Assembly (NCBI RefSeq): GCF_004010195.1
Contig: NC_057715.1
Location: forward strand, 15,350,315-15,414,314
Direction: 5' to 3'
DNA: 64,000 nucleotides
Source: Chiloscyllium plagiosum
Taxonomy: Eukaryota
This document shows positions 37,761-50,800 of this stretch, piece after piece (the stretch's first letter is position 1; the number at the start of each line of letters is the position of its first letter). The notes beneath the pieces were generated by a model, which saw only the letters and a list, made by a program, of their open reading frames with translations, did not search any database and was not told the DNA's origin. A program made the position numbers and the translations under genes.

Positions 37761-37879
37761 GATTTTCCTGCTCCATGGATGCTGCCTGAGCTGCTGTGCT
37801 TTTCCAGCACCACTCTAATCTAGACCTACCTGTACATTATTAGTCATTGTATGCATACCTTCAAATCTGAATTTTGGAG

Positions 37880-40130
37880 CTGGGATCTGAGCTGCAGGCA
37901 TTGCACTGTGCCAGGAAAGGGAAAAGTTACTTTGATGGTCACACCCCTTAGATTAGGTCATTCAAACTTGATCTGTGACCCAAGACCAGAAGGGTGTAAT
38001 TGTAGATGAGACAGATATGGCGAATAGAAGAGGTAGCTGTTGGGGAGCCTCTGATCTTGTAATCATCCAACAGTTACAAGGTTGTTGTAAGCTTTGTAGA
38101 TGTCAATGAGGACTCCACAGAGGATGGACAACCTCAAAGTGCACCACTGTACAGGCAACTATTCAACTGGGAGCATGAAACAGGAAGTAATCGTAGTAGT
38201 GGGTCTGAAGGGCTGATCTGTCTGCCTGCTTAAAAGGATAAAATGTGTAGTTTAAAGGTTGATGTAGGAGGAATGGGTTTCAGCTCACGGGGCTTTGCCA
38301 CCACTACTGAGGTCGAAGGGAACTGTTTTGATTTGACAGGCTTCACTTTATCCAAGTTGGGATCAGTATCCTGTCAAATTGAACAATTAAAATCCTGTAG
38401 AGAGAATTTTAACCTAATTAGAGAGGGAATGGGTTTAGGAGGTGGGATACATAGGCTTATAAAACAAAAGAGCAACAACTCTGACAATGATACCCCGAAC
38501 AGAAGGAAAGAATAAAGTATGCAAGTGTAATGTAAACAACAATTAGGGTGAAAGGGGGGAGACTGGTAAAATAAGTTGTTCTTTACTTAAATGTGCACAG
38601 TGTTTGGAACAAAATAAATGAGTTGATGGCACAGTCAGAGGCTAACCAGTATGATCGTTTAGCCATTATGGAGAAGTGGTTACAAGGAAATCACAGCAGG
38701 GAACTAAATAATCAAGGGCATGTGTCTTTTCAAGTGGGCTGTCAGGAAGTAAAGAGTGGTGGATAATACTTTGTTAATACAAGAAGAAATAAGCATGATC
38801 GCAAAACAAAAAGGTTTAGGATTGGAAGATGTAGAATCCAAATAGATAGAAGTAAAAAATAACAAGGAAGAATACACTGGTAGTAGAAGTCAACAAGCCC
38901 TCTAATAGTAGCTGCCTTATTGGACAGAGAATAAATAATGAGATAATGAGAGCATGTAAAACAAAGATAATACACTAGTGCGACCTTAATTTTCATTTAG
39001 ATTGGGTATAGCAAACTAACAAAGGTGCCCAAAGGAAGAATTCATTGAGTATATTCAGGACAGTTTCCTGGAACAATCTGTTGTGGTTGTAACCAGATCA
39101 GGCTATTTTGGACCTGGTAATGTGTAATGAAGCAGATTTAATAAATTAACTCAGAGTAATAGATTCCTGCGTAACAGAAACCACAAAATATGATAGATTT
39201 AGCATGCAGTTTGAGAATGGGAAACTTGGGTCAGAAACAACTGTGTTAAAGTTAAATAAATTTAGCACCATAGGGATAAAGACAGAGTTGGCTTGAGTGG
39301 ACTGGGAAACAAATTTAGGAAAAAGGCAGAACGTTTTATTAATTGGCACCGATGGAACCAGGAATGTGCCCATTGATTAAATATTCCGATTGATAGGGAG
39401 GGCCATATAATCAATATAAAAATACACACAAAGTAATACAAACGTAATGCAAGGGGTATACACATCTCTGTTATACATTATTTACAGATACAACTTTATC
39501 TTAAGTAAAACTTACCAGCAGACAGCCTTCTCACTCGCACCCTCAACAGATTATCAGACAGATCATAATAATACAGTAAACGTTTTGATGTTTCAGGGAT
39601 ATAATTTTTGTTGGTTTATCGCGAGTGTCGGTTCACAAAATAGCAAATAAAATAAAGTTTTCTCAGAAATAAAAATGGACAGTAAAGCCCTCTGTAAATA
39701 TGCAGAAAGCAAGACAGAGGCCAAAATGGAGTTAGGCCCTTCAGAGAATGATGCTGGTGAAATTAAACTGGGGAACCGGGAAATGACAGGGGCATTGAAT
39801 AAATACTTTGCAATACTCTTCATGGTAGAGAACGCTAATGGAGTTCCATAAACACTAAATAATCTAGGCTAAAGAGAGTGGGTGGGGGGAAGCTAGCACT
39901 GAGGATGAAGTAAGTACAATAACTGTCACTAGCGAAAAAGTACTCAGGAAATGACTGGAACAAAAGGCTAATAAGTCCCTTAGACCTGGATTATATTCTG
40001 GGATTTTCAAGAACGTATTTAATGAGATAGTGAAAACACTAGTCATAGACTTCAAAGAATCTTTAGATTCAGAAAAGGCCTAGCAGTTTGAAAAACTGCT
40101 AATGCACCTTGATTCAAATGGGAGGGAGTT
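37880..40130 (+). mobile_element. Old CR1 (ORF1/endonuclease/RT start), heavily degraded, with an unrelated insert at ~39335-39660
   Basis: Degenerate motifs: TACTTAAATGTGCACAGTG (YLNA.S-like), GCTATTTTGGACCTGGTAATGTGTAATGA (AILDLVMCNE), TTGAATAAATACTTTGCA (LNKYFA). Confidence 0.7.
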
Positions 40131-41045
40131 ACATAACCACCCATGACACATCCATTGATCATACATTGATCATACCTGTTATTACACACATACCTGTTAT
40201 ACACCCAACCATAAACACCTGATACAGACTGTTACACACCTCCCCACTGGATACATACTCACACAATATGCATTGTTATTCACTTGCCTGTTACTCATCT
40301 CACTGTCAATCACATACCTTTTACTCATCTGCCTAATACCTGTTGCATATGCAACCATCACATTAATACCCATTATACATCAAACCATTGCAAAACCTGC
40401 TTGTTATGCATCTATTTGTGACGTACCCACCCCATCCATTATGTTCCAAACTACAGACTCCAGTCAATTACCCACTCACCTCTGTTACACACTCACCTGT
40501 AACACATCCAGCTGTTACACATCCATCCATTAAGCCTCGACGTTTTGCACATCCACATGAATTAGACCTGCCCTTATACATCAACCTACTGCAAATCTTC
40601 TCATTATAAACCTGCCTGATAAACCTCTACTTGTTAAACACCTGCCTACTATGCGTCTACCCATTAGTCACCCATCAATATAAACCCAACCATTACACAC
40701 ACCCTGTCACACACAACTACCCATTACACTCCTGTCAATTACACAACCACCTGTCACACACCTAAACATGACACACCTACCAGTTATGCCCAAAACACCG
40801 CACACTTGTCTGTTACACACCTATCCATTGAACACTGACCCTGCTGGATATCTGCCATCCAATATTCATCTGCCCATTACTCAACTGCCCATTGCTCAAC
40901 CACTCATTGCTTTTCCACCCATTACACAACCAACCATTACACACCAATCAATTACTTACAAAACCATTATACACATGGCCATTGTACACCAAAACATTGT
41001 AAACATGCATATCACTCACCCTTTAGACACCAATGTATTACATAT
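40130..41045. repeat. Degenerate CA-rich minisatellite (ACCTGTTACACAC-like)
   Basis: Recurring CCTGTTA/CCCATTACAC motifs with strong C+A strand skew; the same texture is seen at 35310-35530. Confidence 0.7.
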
Positions 41046-41065
41046 CTGACTATTATAGACAATAT

Positions 41066-41600
41066 TCTGGATTAGTGGTGCTGGAAGAGCACAGCAGTTC
41101 AGGCAGCATCCAAGGAGCTTCGAAATCGACGTTTCGGGCAAAAGCCCTTCTTCAGGAATAAAGNNNNNNNNNNNNNNNNNNNNNNNNNNNNNNNNNNNNN
41201 NNNNNNNNNNNNNNNNNNNNNNNNNNNNNNNNNNNNNNNNNNNNNNNNNNNNNNNNNNNNNNNNNNNNNNNNNNNNNNNNNNNNNNNNNNNNNNNNNNNN
41301 NNNNNNNNNNNNNNNNNNNNNNNNNNNNNNNNNNNNNNNNNNNNNNNNNNNNNNNNNNNNNNNNNNNNNNNNNNNNNNNNNNNNNNNNNNNGGAGGTGCC
41401 CAGTCTCCCCAATGTAGAGGAGACTGCATCATGAGCAACGGATACAATAAATGATATTAGTGGATGTGCAAGTAAAACTTTGATGGATGTGGAAGGCTCC
41501 TTTAGGGCCTTGGATAGAGGTGAGGGAGGAGGTGTGGGCGCAGGTTTTACAGTTCCTGCGGTGGCAGGGGAAAGTGCCAGGATAGGAGGGTGGGTTGTAG
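41066..41600 (-). mobile_element. Penelope 3' fragment (GIY-YIG endonuclease + terminal repeat), N gap inside
   Basis: Minus translation FHIHQSFTCTSTNIIYCIRCS*CSLLYIGETG is the GIY-YIG motif; terminal repeat at 41066-41163. Confidence 0.9.
41128..41155 (-). ncRNA. Minimal type I hammerhead ribozyme, intact core
   Basis: CUGAAGA-A-GGGC-UUUU-GCCC-GAAA-CG-UC. Confidence 0.85.
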
Positions 41601-43189
41601 GAATGCAGTCATTCATACAGTCTTGTCTAGATTGGTACTCAGCCATTATTTAAAAACATTTACCTGCTTCTTAAAGAACCGAGCGTACCCTTGACGATGA
41701 TGCGCTGGGCTCTGAAGAGAAGGCATTGATGATTAGGTTCTATGGAATTGTTTCAAACAGCAGATTCTACTTGCAACTTGCTTAATGGTTTACAGAGACA
41801 ACATGCTGTCTGGTTAACATGAAAAAGCTGTTTTAAGGTTGTCTGCAATGTTGAACACCTCTGTTACATCCTGCACATTACATGCACTTCTCTGAATGTT
41901 ACTATTAAGCATGACAACACAGTCACTCATAAGAAATACCCATCCTTGCATCACTATACCATAGATTTTCACAGTGTTTCCAGCACAGAAATATGCACTT
42001 GACCTGACTGGACGATGTCAGTCTCTATGATTCACATTTGCCTCCTCCCATGCGTACTTTATCTCACCTCAGCAACGTTGCTTCTGTTATTTCTCTCTCA
42101 TGCGTTTATCCAGCTTCCCCTTAAATGTGCCTGCACTATTTATCTCAACAACTGTCTGTGGTCGTGAGTCCTACATTTGCATTAATCCCTTGGTAAAATT
42201 TATTTTGAGTTCCTTTTGTACTTTTTGTTTCTATTTTACATTTATGACCGGTAGTTCAGATGTTGTCCAAAGTGGAAACATCTTTTTTATACCTATCCTA
42301 TCAAATCTTTTGATAATTTTAAGAGAACTGTATCCAGTCAACCCTCAGCCTTGTCTTTTCTGGGGAAAATAGTCCAGTCAATTCAATCTTTCTTGATATG
42401 TCTGATAATATTCAGGCTCTTGAGCTTGTTCCATTATACAATAAGATCATGGATGATCTATACTTTAATTCCACTTACACATCCTGACCCCATTTTCTTT
42501 TATGCCCATCACCTAAAAGAAAGCTACGATCACAGTTTTAACATTATTATTAGTTTTGTGGAACCTAGTACCATCTGTACTTTGGTCATCCTTTATTGGA
42601 AAAATTCTTATCTAACTTGTTTCTGAGTTAGATATCATCCCTGAAATGGACTACATTCCTCCACCAGACCAAAAAAGACTTCTTACTATCTCTCCTAAGG
42701 ATGGGTGTGTAACAGATAGATAACAGTCTGACCTTACTCTTGTAAATCTCCTTTCTGCAGTGTCTTCATATGACCTCTGCAATATGGAAACCAGACCTGA
42801 GCATAATCTATATTGTAGTCAAATAGCAGACTTTGGCAGATGGTGAAAATACAGGAAAAAATATCAACTAAAAATGTATAAGGAAATTCTGTTGTCGGTA
42901 TATAAAATGACTGACAAGAGTTATTTGAAATTTTGACTATAGGTCAAGCAAACAAATGCAAAAAAATCATTGTATGACTTTCATGATCTTGGACATACCT
43001 GCTGTAGAAATAGAGCAACTTAATGGATCGCTAGCATATATTTTTAAAATAGCTATAAAGATCATTTATTGTTCGATCCAATTTAACAGGAAATAGTAAT
43101 AATAGAGTTCAAGAAAATAACTTGTATTTCTGACAACATAACAAATAAAGCACTTTGTATTGCAGCTAAAAAAAAAAGCAGTTATAAAA

Positions 43190-44110
43190 TATTTTATTGA
43201 CAGAATCAGGCCATTCAGCCCAACTGCTCTATGCTTAGGTTTATGCTGTATATCATCCCCTCCCACCCTGTCAGCATATCCTTTTGTTCCTTTCTCCCTC
43301 TATTTAATTTCCTTTTAATAGCATTTATACTATTCAGCTCATCCTTACTAAGGTAAATAGGTTTCTCATGAAATTCCTGTTAGATCTATTGGCTAGTGTT
43401 TGATATTGATGATCCCTTCGTTGGTCTCCCCCGCTAACAGATGACAATAAGACTTGGGAGCAACAGTGGGCCATTCAGCTCTTTAAACCTTCTGCACATT
43501 CAATAAGATCATGGCTGGACTGGTCATGACCTCAGTGTCACTGTCATGCCTGTGCCCACTCAAACTTTGCCTATCAAAGGCCTATCCAACTCAGCATCCA
43601 ATAAAGTCAATTACCTAGCCTCCACTATTTTCTAGGGAAGAGTATTTCATAGACGAATGACTCTCTGGGAAAAAAAACTCCTCCTGTCTGTCTTAAAAAC
43701 GGCACCCCTTAACCTTAAATTGTGACCCTTGTTCTGGTCTCTCCTACAAGGTGAAGCATTATCTCAAAATTCACCTTGACCAGTCCCTCAGGATCTAATA
43801 CACCTCAAAATGATCACCTCTCATTCTACAAAACTCTATTGGACAAGGCCCTACCTGCTCCACTATTCTTTATAACATAATCTCATAATGGTCCAAATGG
43901 ACATTCTCTCAACTGCTTCTAATTCAGTTATAAATTTCATCAGCTATTGAATTCTACACAGTACTCCAGATGTGGTTTTGTCAAGGACCCATAAGCTGGA
44001 CTAAAATTTCCCTACTTACATATTCCATTCCCCATGAAACAAATAGGAACATTGTTTTTGCCCCCCTAATCACTTACTGTACCTGTATAGTAACATTTTA
44101 TGCTTCACAA
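43190..44110 (-). mobile_element. Old CR1 3' fragments (two adjacent)
   Basis: GGCCATTCAGCCC/GGCCATTCAGCTC 3'UTR motifs; GATCACCTCTCATTCT, CAGTACTCCAGATGTGG. Confidence 0.7.
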
Positions 44111-45025
44111 GTGGAAACATGTTCTCTACATGATCAATATAATCTTCTTCACATTTGAAATTTGTTTTTAATGTTTTAGTGTGGGCAGGGATTGTTGATG
44201 ACATCTAAAGGTAGAGTGATTGAAGGAACCAAAACTAGATACTTAGTGGTATTTTCTGGTGAAACTTGAATTCCATATAATGCTCCTTAAGTGGCAACTG
44301 CAGCTGATGTGTAACGTATGTGTGTATTGACCTAAGTGTAAATTGTTGATATCATTTATCATGTTGGGTTTGGATCAATAATTGATTGTTTGCTTCTGAA
44401 TTCAGTAATTCTAGCACAAAAAAATGTTTATCCCATAAGCAATGTCACTACAAAAGATTATCTGCTTGCTATTTATGAAAACTTGCCGTGCAATATTGGT
44501 TGCTGCAGTACATTTCCTATATTTCAACAGTGACTCCACTTTAGCGAGTACTGCATTGGCTATGATTGACTTCAAGACCTCCTGGGGTCAAGAAAGCTAT
44601 TGGTTGGAATCTTATAGAGGACTGAGTGAAATGGCCTATGGCAAGACATGTGACAAAACTGGAAGATAATTGTGGCAAGGCCTGTTTCAAAGTCAGAATT
44701 AAATTGTGCCATGTTTTGTACGTTTCACAAGCAACATGGCGAGATTCCCACTGGGCAGCAGCAAGTTGTCAAATGTTGGTAATTATTGCTTCTTAAACAC
44801 CTTGTTAACAGCTTCCCATCTTATCAAACGTGCTAAACAAGCTCAGTGTCAGGAAAACTCAAGAGGGAAGTCCAAGAGAGCACCTGTGAATTTTGTGTTG
44901 CTGGTTTTGGACCCTATTTTAAGTTATTCTTACCTTCCAGAGAGGGATAAGCTTGAACAAGTAGGCTTTATAAATGGGCTCATGAAACATCCAAGGATCT
45001 AGGTGGAGTCTCTTAATGACCAATT

Positions 45026-45280
45026 AAAAACCCAAAGAATTGCAGATGCTGTAAATCAGAAACAAAAGTAGAAATTGCTGGAAAGGCTCAGCAGGTCTGG
45101 CCACATCAGTGGACAGAAATCAGAGGTAACAATTTCAGGTCAAGTTACCCTTTCTCAGAACTGTGGTGAGGAAGGATCTGAGAAAAGGTCACTTCACCCG
45201 CAACATTAACTCTGATTTCTCTCCACAGACGCTGCCAGACCCACTGACCTTTTGCAGCAATTTATATTTTTGTTTTTGTC
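45026..45280. mobile_element. Inverted pair of family-C hammerhead-bearing repeats (fold-back)
   Basis: Arms ~45060-45158 (-) and ~45177-45276 (+) are reverse complements around an ~18-bp spacer; both cores are degenerate (CTGAGAA). Confidence 0.8.
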
Positions 45281-45750
45281 TACGACCATTTTGCCATTCT
45301 GCATAAGAAAAGTGTAGCCTGTTCCATTCAATTAGATAATGGCTGATCTGCATCTTAACCACATTTTCACCCACATTTTCCCCTTATCCCTGAATACTTT
45401 GTCTAGGAAATCCCTATTAATCTCAAATTTAATATTTTTGATTGAATCAAAGTAATATGCTTTATATGGGAGAGAGTACAGTAAATCTACCATCTTTTGT
45501 GTAAAGAAATATTTCCTAAGATTCCTGGATGACCTGGCTTTGATTTAAGGTTATGATCATTTGTACCATGTGCCAAAGATATACCATGCAGATGGAAGTT
45601 GAGGGGGATGAAAGTGTGGCAATTGTTCCCTCAGTTCCTATGTTATATAAACAAGTGGTCAATCTCTAAATTTCAATAAGGTTTGCAAAAAGCTGGGAGA
45701 GTGGTCTCATGATCCCTTTGACCTCTCAAACAACTGACTAAATCAATAGT

Positions 45751-46068
45751 GGGCGGCACGGTGGCACAGTGGTTAGCACTGCTGCCTCACGGCGCCAGAG
45801 ACCCGGGTTCAATTCCCGCCTCAGGCGACTGACTGTGTGGAGTTTGCACGTTCTCCCCGTGTCTGCGTGGGTTTCCTCCGGGTGCTCCGGTTTCCTCCCA
45901 CAGTCCAAAGATGTGCAGGGTCAGGTGAATTGGCCATACTAAATTGCCTGTAGTGTTAGATAAGGGGTAAATGTAGGGGTATGGGTGGGTTTCGCTTCGG
46001 TGGGTCGGTGTGGACTTGTTGGGCCGAAGGGCCTGTTTCCACACTGTAATGTAATCTAATCTAATCTA
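45751..46068 (+). mobile_element. Full-length young HE1 SINE
   Basis: Intact A/B boxes (TGGCACAGTGG; GGTTCAATTCC), V-domain and (AATCT)3 tail; many CpGs retained. Confidence 0.97.
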
Positions 46069-46507
46069 AAAAAATAAAGTGTCAAAGAATAAACACGCAA
46101 CAATTTGCAATTCTGTAGCAGACTGTCCTAATGTGATAAACAAGAGTGTTATCAATTCTTGATATGCAGCAACGTGAGGTATATGAAAACTGATGTGCAA
46201 TAGCTTTGTGGTGGAGTGAAGGTCTGATAGTAACAGGTCACCACATTCTAACTATTCCAAGGGAAAAGAAAGTTCTCCTGAATTCCCTATTCAATTTGGT
46301 AATGACAGTCTTATACTTATGGATTTACATTTTGCTCTTGCCAACAAATAGAAATGAGTGAAGTCACTCAATTCTGCCATTGGTCTGCTCTCTTGTTTGA
46401 GAAAGATGACTGGTGTTGGTTTAACATCTGAGAGAATTCCTGTCTGCACAGCACTCAGTGCTATGAAAGCTGTAGATGTTGCAAAGCTGAAGTCAAAATA
46501 ATCAGCA

Positions 46508-46800
46508 CATAGAACAGTACAGCACAGTACAGGCCCATCAGCCCTCAATGTTATGCTGACCTTGTTATCCTAATCTAGGATCAGACTAACATACATACCT
46601 TTCATTGTACTATCTTCCATGTGCCTGTCCAAGAATCGCTTAAATGTCCCTAATATATCTTAACTCTACGACCACTGCTGGCAGTGCATTCCACATATCC
46701 AGCACTCTTTGTGTAAAGAACCTACCTCTGATAGCTCCCCTAAATCTTCCTCCAATCACCTTAAAATTATGCCCCCTCGTGATAGACATTTCTGCCAAAG
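46508..46800 (-). mobile_element. CR1 3' end
   Basis: CATAGAACAGTACAGCACAGTACAGGCCC tail; GTAAAGAACCTACCTCTGA. Confidence 0.85.
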
Positions 46801-47499
46801 CAAATAAAGAGGAGACTGTAGAATTCTTAGCATGAAACTGTGTGGGATGAAAGAAAATACTTAAGTTGAAGACCTAACCAAATATAATTTGCCATGAATT
46901 GGGTTTTAGGAAAAAAATTAAAGAAAAGGTAATTTCATTAATAAACTATATTTGGAAGTCCACATTATAGATCAATAACGCACAACAATTCCACAGAAAG
47001 AATTTACCAAATTCCAGATGTCATTAAATAATACTCTGTAGAATGAGTCTGTTCAGCCCATCGAGTCCTTCCCAGGTCTTTTATAGATCAATCTAGTTAG
47101 CTTCACTTTCCCTATCCTGAGATATTTTCCTCCATCACATATTTATACAATTCCAATTTGAAAGCTTTTATTGAAATCTAATCTGTGCATATCGGTAATA
47201 ACAGAGGAATTTCAGTGTTGCATGCGTCTTCTGTTATCCACGTCTACATTTCTTCTGATGGTACTAACTGCTCCTAAGTCTTCTCAGGGACAAAAGGAAG
47301 TTGCCTTCCAGTGAAGCAACTCCAGTGTTGGGTCACAAGTATAATGACGACTTACATTTAAAGCATGTCACAGACGCAATTATCAAACAGAATTTGACAT
47401 CAAGCAGCATGAGGAGATATTGCAGGTGTTCAAAAGCTTGGTTAAAGGAGTACAAGAATTCCAGAAGATTATAGCATAGAGCAGATCCCCACTGTACTA

Positions 47500-48445
47500 T
47501 TGCCATGAGTTGCAAGATCTATCACAGGAGGACATGCCAGAAGCAGCAGCTGGTGAAGCTACTACATTACTTACAGCCAAGAACTGTCAGCAGCATGCGA
47601 TAGACAGAGCTAAGCAATGTTTCAATCAATGGACCAGATCTGAGCTCTGCAGTCCTACCACATCCAATCATGAATGGTGGTGGACAATAAAACCATTACC
47701 AGGAAGTTGAAGCTCTACAAATATCCCAGACCTCTACGATGAAAACCCTAGAACATTAGTGCATCTGAAATGTTTGCATTCATCTTCAACTGGAACCCAA
47801 CATCATCAATGCCAATCTTCAGCCAATTTGATTTGCTGTAGGTGATATCAGGAAACAGCTGAAGGCATTGGATACAGTAAAGGCTATGGGGCTCTGACAA
47901 CATTCTGGAAATATTACTGAAGTCTTGTACTCCAGAAGCACCGAGTCAAAGTGTTCCAGGATAGCTACAGAATTGACATCTATCCAGAAGGATGTAAAAT
48001 TGTCCAAGTTTGCCCTGCCCACAAAAAGCAGGATAAATCCAACCTGACCAATTACCACCAAGCAATCTGCAAGATAACATTTCACAAAGTGTGGAGCTGA
48101 GGAGTTAATATCAACCATTAACCTAAAACTGAACTGGACCAGCCATATAAATACTAAGTGGAGGACAGAGGTTGGGAATTCTGCAGCAAGTAACTCACTT
48201 CCTGATTCTCCAAAGTTTGTTCACATCTACAAAGTCTGGAATGTGATGGAAAACCTGCCACTTGCCTGGATGAGTGCAGCTACAACCCCAGTCAAGAAAT
48301 TCAACAGCATTCAGAACAAGCAACCTGCTGGATTGGCACTTTGATCAACACCTCAACATTCACTCTCTGCACCACTGATGCACAGTGGTAGCAAAATAGA
48401 CAACCTCTCCAGGATGCACAGCAGCAACTCACCAAGGTTCCTATT
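47500..48445 (+). mobile_element. Second LINE family, rearranged RT fragments
   Basis: ELCSPTTSNHEWWWTIK, CCTGCCCACAAAAAGCAGGATAAATCCAACC (P.HKKQDKSN), GCCTGGATGAGTGCAGC. Confidence 0.75.
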
Positions 48446-48756
48446 AAAGAATGTTTTGGCAAAATTAGTTGCAAAAATTTCTACATTCTCAAGTGAAAGG
48501 TTTTTTGAGAAGAATATGTCATCTGTGGCTAAATAAGGAAGTTAAGGGTAGTAAAAAGGGAGAGAGAAAAAGTGAGTGACTCAGAGAAGGTGATTGAGTG
48601 AATGAGAGAGTGACTGATTGAGGGAGAGATGGTGACTGGGGAGGGGTTTGTGATAAAGTGACTGATTGAAGGGGTGTCCGAGGGAAGGAGGATGGGTGAG
48701 TGGGAGAGAGAGTAAGATGTTTATTTATTGCAAAAGGAATGGAGGATAAAAATGTC

Positions 48757-49015
48757 ATGATTTGGAGATGCCTGTGTTGGACTGGGGCATACAAAGTTAA
48801 AAATCACACACCAGGTTGAGAGATTTAACAAACAATCCAGGTCTTTTTCAATATATAATTTCAGTTACATCACACTGTAAACTTTTGCTTTAAATTCTGT
48901 GTCTTATGATCTTATACTCCACAACCACCTGATGAAGGAGCAGCACTCCAAAAGCTATTGCTTCCAAATAAAACTTGGATTATAACCTGGTGTTGTGTGA
49001 TTTTTTATCTGTATA
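48757..49015 (+). mobile_element. PLE terminal repeat (family B) with an inverted partial copy; hammerhead at 48929-48957 has G12->A
   Basis: CTGATGA-A-GGAGC-AGC-ACTCC-AAAA-GC-TA; AAAAATCACACACCAGGTT (48799-48817) is inverted relative to AACCTGGTGTTGTGTGATTTTT. Confidence 0.8.
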
Positions 49016-49289
49016 AAAATGGCGGCTGACTCAACTGCCCTCTGGGCAATGGTGCTGGTACTGCCAGTGATGTCCTCATCCTGTGACTGAATAAAGAAAA
49101 AAAAAACAGGCAAATGAAACTCCTGGAAATCTGAAACAAACAAAAACAAGGAATTGCTGGAGAAACTCAGCGTGTCTGACAGCATCTATAGAAAGAAAAC
49201 CGAGTTAACATTTCAAGTTGTGACTCTCCTTCCCAGACCCATTAAGTTTCTTCATCGATTTCTGTTTTGTTTGTTATAAAAATAAGCAA

Positions 49290-50800
49290 GTCTTGACTAA
49301 ACTGTATAAGACAATAGTCAGGCCACACCTGGAATATGGTGAACAGTTTTGCACCCTTTATCTAAGGTAAGATGTACTGATATTGGAGTCAGTCCAGAGA
49401 AGGTTCACTAGGTTGATTCCGAGTGTGGGAATTTTAGAAGAGGTTGTGCCTGTACTCATTGGAATTTAGAAGATTGAGAGGAAGCTTCCTTGAAAGATAG
49501 AAGATTCTTAGAGGACTTGATCAGGTAGATGCAGGGAGGTTGTTTTCCCTTGTAGTATAGGCTTGACCAAAGGGCATGATCTCAGAATAAGGGGCTGCCC
49601 TTGTAAGACAGAGATACAAAGACATTTCTTCTCTCAAAATTTAGTAAATCTGTGGAATTTATTATCATAGGGTGCTGCAAAGACTGGGTTGTTAAGTATA
49701 TTCAAGGCTGAGATAGAGAGATTTCCAATGAACAAGGGAATCAAGCATTATGGGGCGAAAGCAGGTAAGTGGAGATGAAGGTTGTCAGATCAGGCGCGAT
49801 CTCATTGAATGGTGAACTCAATGGGCTGAATGGCCTGATACTGCTCCCATGTCTTATGGTCTTATTAAATTGAAAGAAATACTGAATAAATCTGCAAGCA
49901 TTAATAGTAAGTCAGAGGATTGGAGAAATTTTAAGAACGATCAAGCAATGACTAAAAAGATAATAAAAATGCAGGAAATATGAGAGGAGGATTGCTTGTA
50001 ACATAATAATAGATTGTAGGAGCTTCCACCAGCATTTGAATATGGAAAAAGTAATTAAAGCTAGTGTTGGTCCTCTAGAGAGTCAGTCTGAGGAATTCAT
50101 AATAAAAAGAAAGAAATGGTGGAGGCGTTGAACAGATAATTTGTGTCTGCCTTCACAGTAGAAGGCTTAGAAAACTCACAAAGGATAATTGAAAATCACA
50201 AGATGACAGAGAGGCATGAACTTAAAAATAATCATTGTTACCAAGGAAAAGGTGTTTTGAAAACTTTTGAACTAAAGAGTGACAGGTTCCCAGGACTGAA
50301 CAGATACATCCTAGCATCTTAACAGGAATGGTGGCTCAGACGGTAGATGCATTGATTATATTTTTATAAAATTCCATAGTTCTGGAAGGATTTTGTGGAT
50401 TGGAAATTAAAAAAGGACACCTAAGGAAGATTCTAGAATTCATTATCAAAAAGGTCACAGTAATAGGTAATTTAGAAAATCAACATCCTATCAGGCAGAG
50501 CTAACGTGGCTTTGTGGAAGGGAAATCATCTGTAATTAATCTACTGGAGATTTTTGATGAAGTAACATTTGCTTGTGTATACGATCTTCTTGTATTTTCA
50601 TAAAGCATTTGATAAGGTGCCTCATCAATGCTTATTACAAAAAAAAGAGCACATATTAACATATTAGAATAGATAAAGAATTGGTTAAGTGACAGAAGCA
50701 GAGAGTTGGGATAGTAGGAATAAATGGGTCTTTTTTAGTTTAGCAAGATATCACTCGTGGACTGTCACAGAGAGCAATGCTGGGTTCTTAGCTATGAGAA
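49290..50800 (+). mobile_element. Old CR1 fragments (3' end at 49290-49865; internal RT at 49870-50800)
   Basis: KLYKTIVRPHLEYGEQF; AAAGCATTTGATAAGGTGCCTCAT (KAFDKVPH). Confidence 0.85.

Larger units (their letters stand above)
35531..37827 (-). mobile_element. Penelope-like retroelement, 5'-truncated, with inverted terminal repeats and a 10-bp TSD (N gap over the endonuclease region)
   Basis: RT ORF 36570-37349 (FYLLPKIHKPD.SGRPI, TMDIQSLYTSI, QTKGVAMG..MGPSYACLFVG, FLRYTDD). ~105-bp inverted repeat at 35566-35670 / 37722-37825. ACCTGTACAT at 35521-35530 and 37828-37837. Confidence 0.93.

Noticed and set aside
45751-45825. tRNA-like sequence with A and B boxes (also at other SINE heads)
   Set aside because: It continues into a V-domain and LINE tail, so it is a SINE head and not a tRNA gene.
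48540-48720. Purine-rich GAGAGTGACTG tract
   Set aside because: Low-complexity simple repeat; the ORF on the minus strand is spurious.
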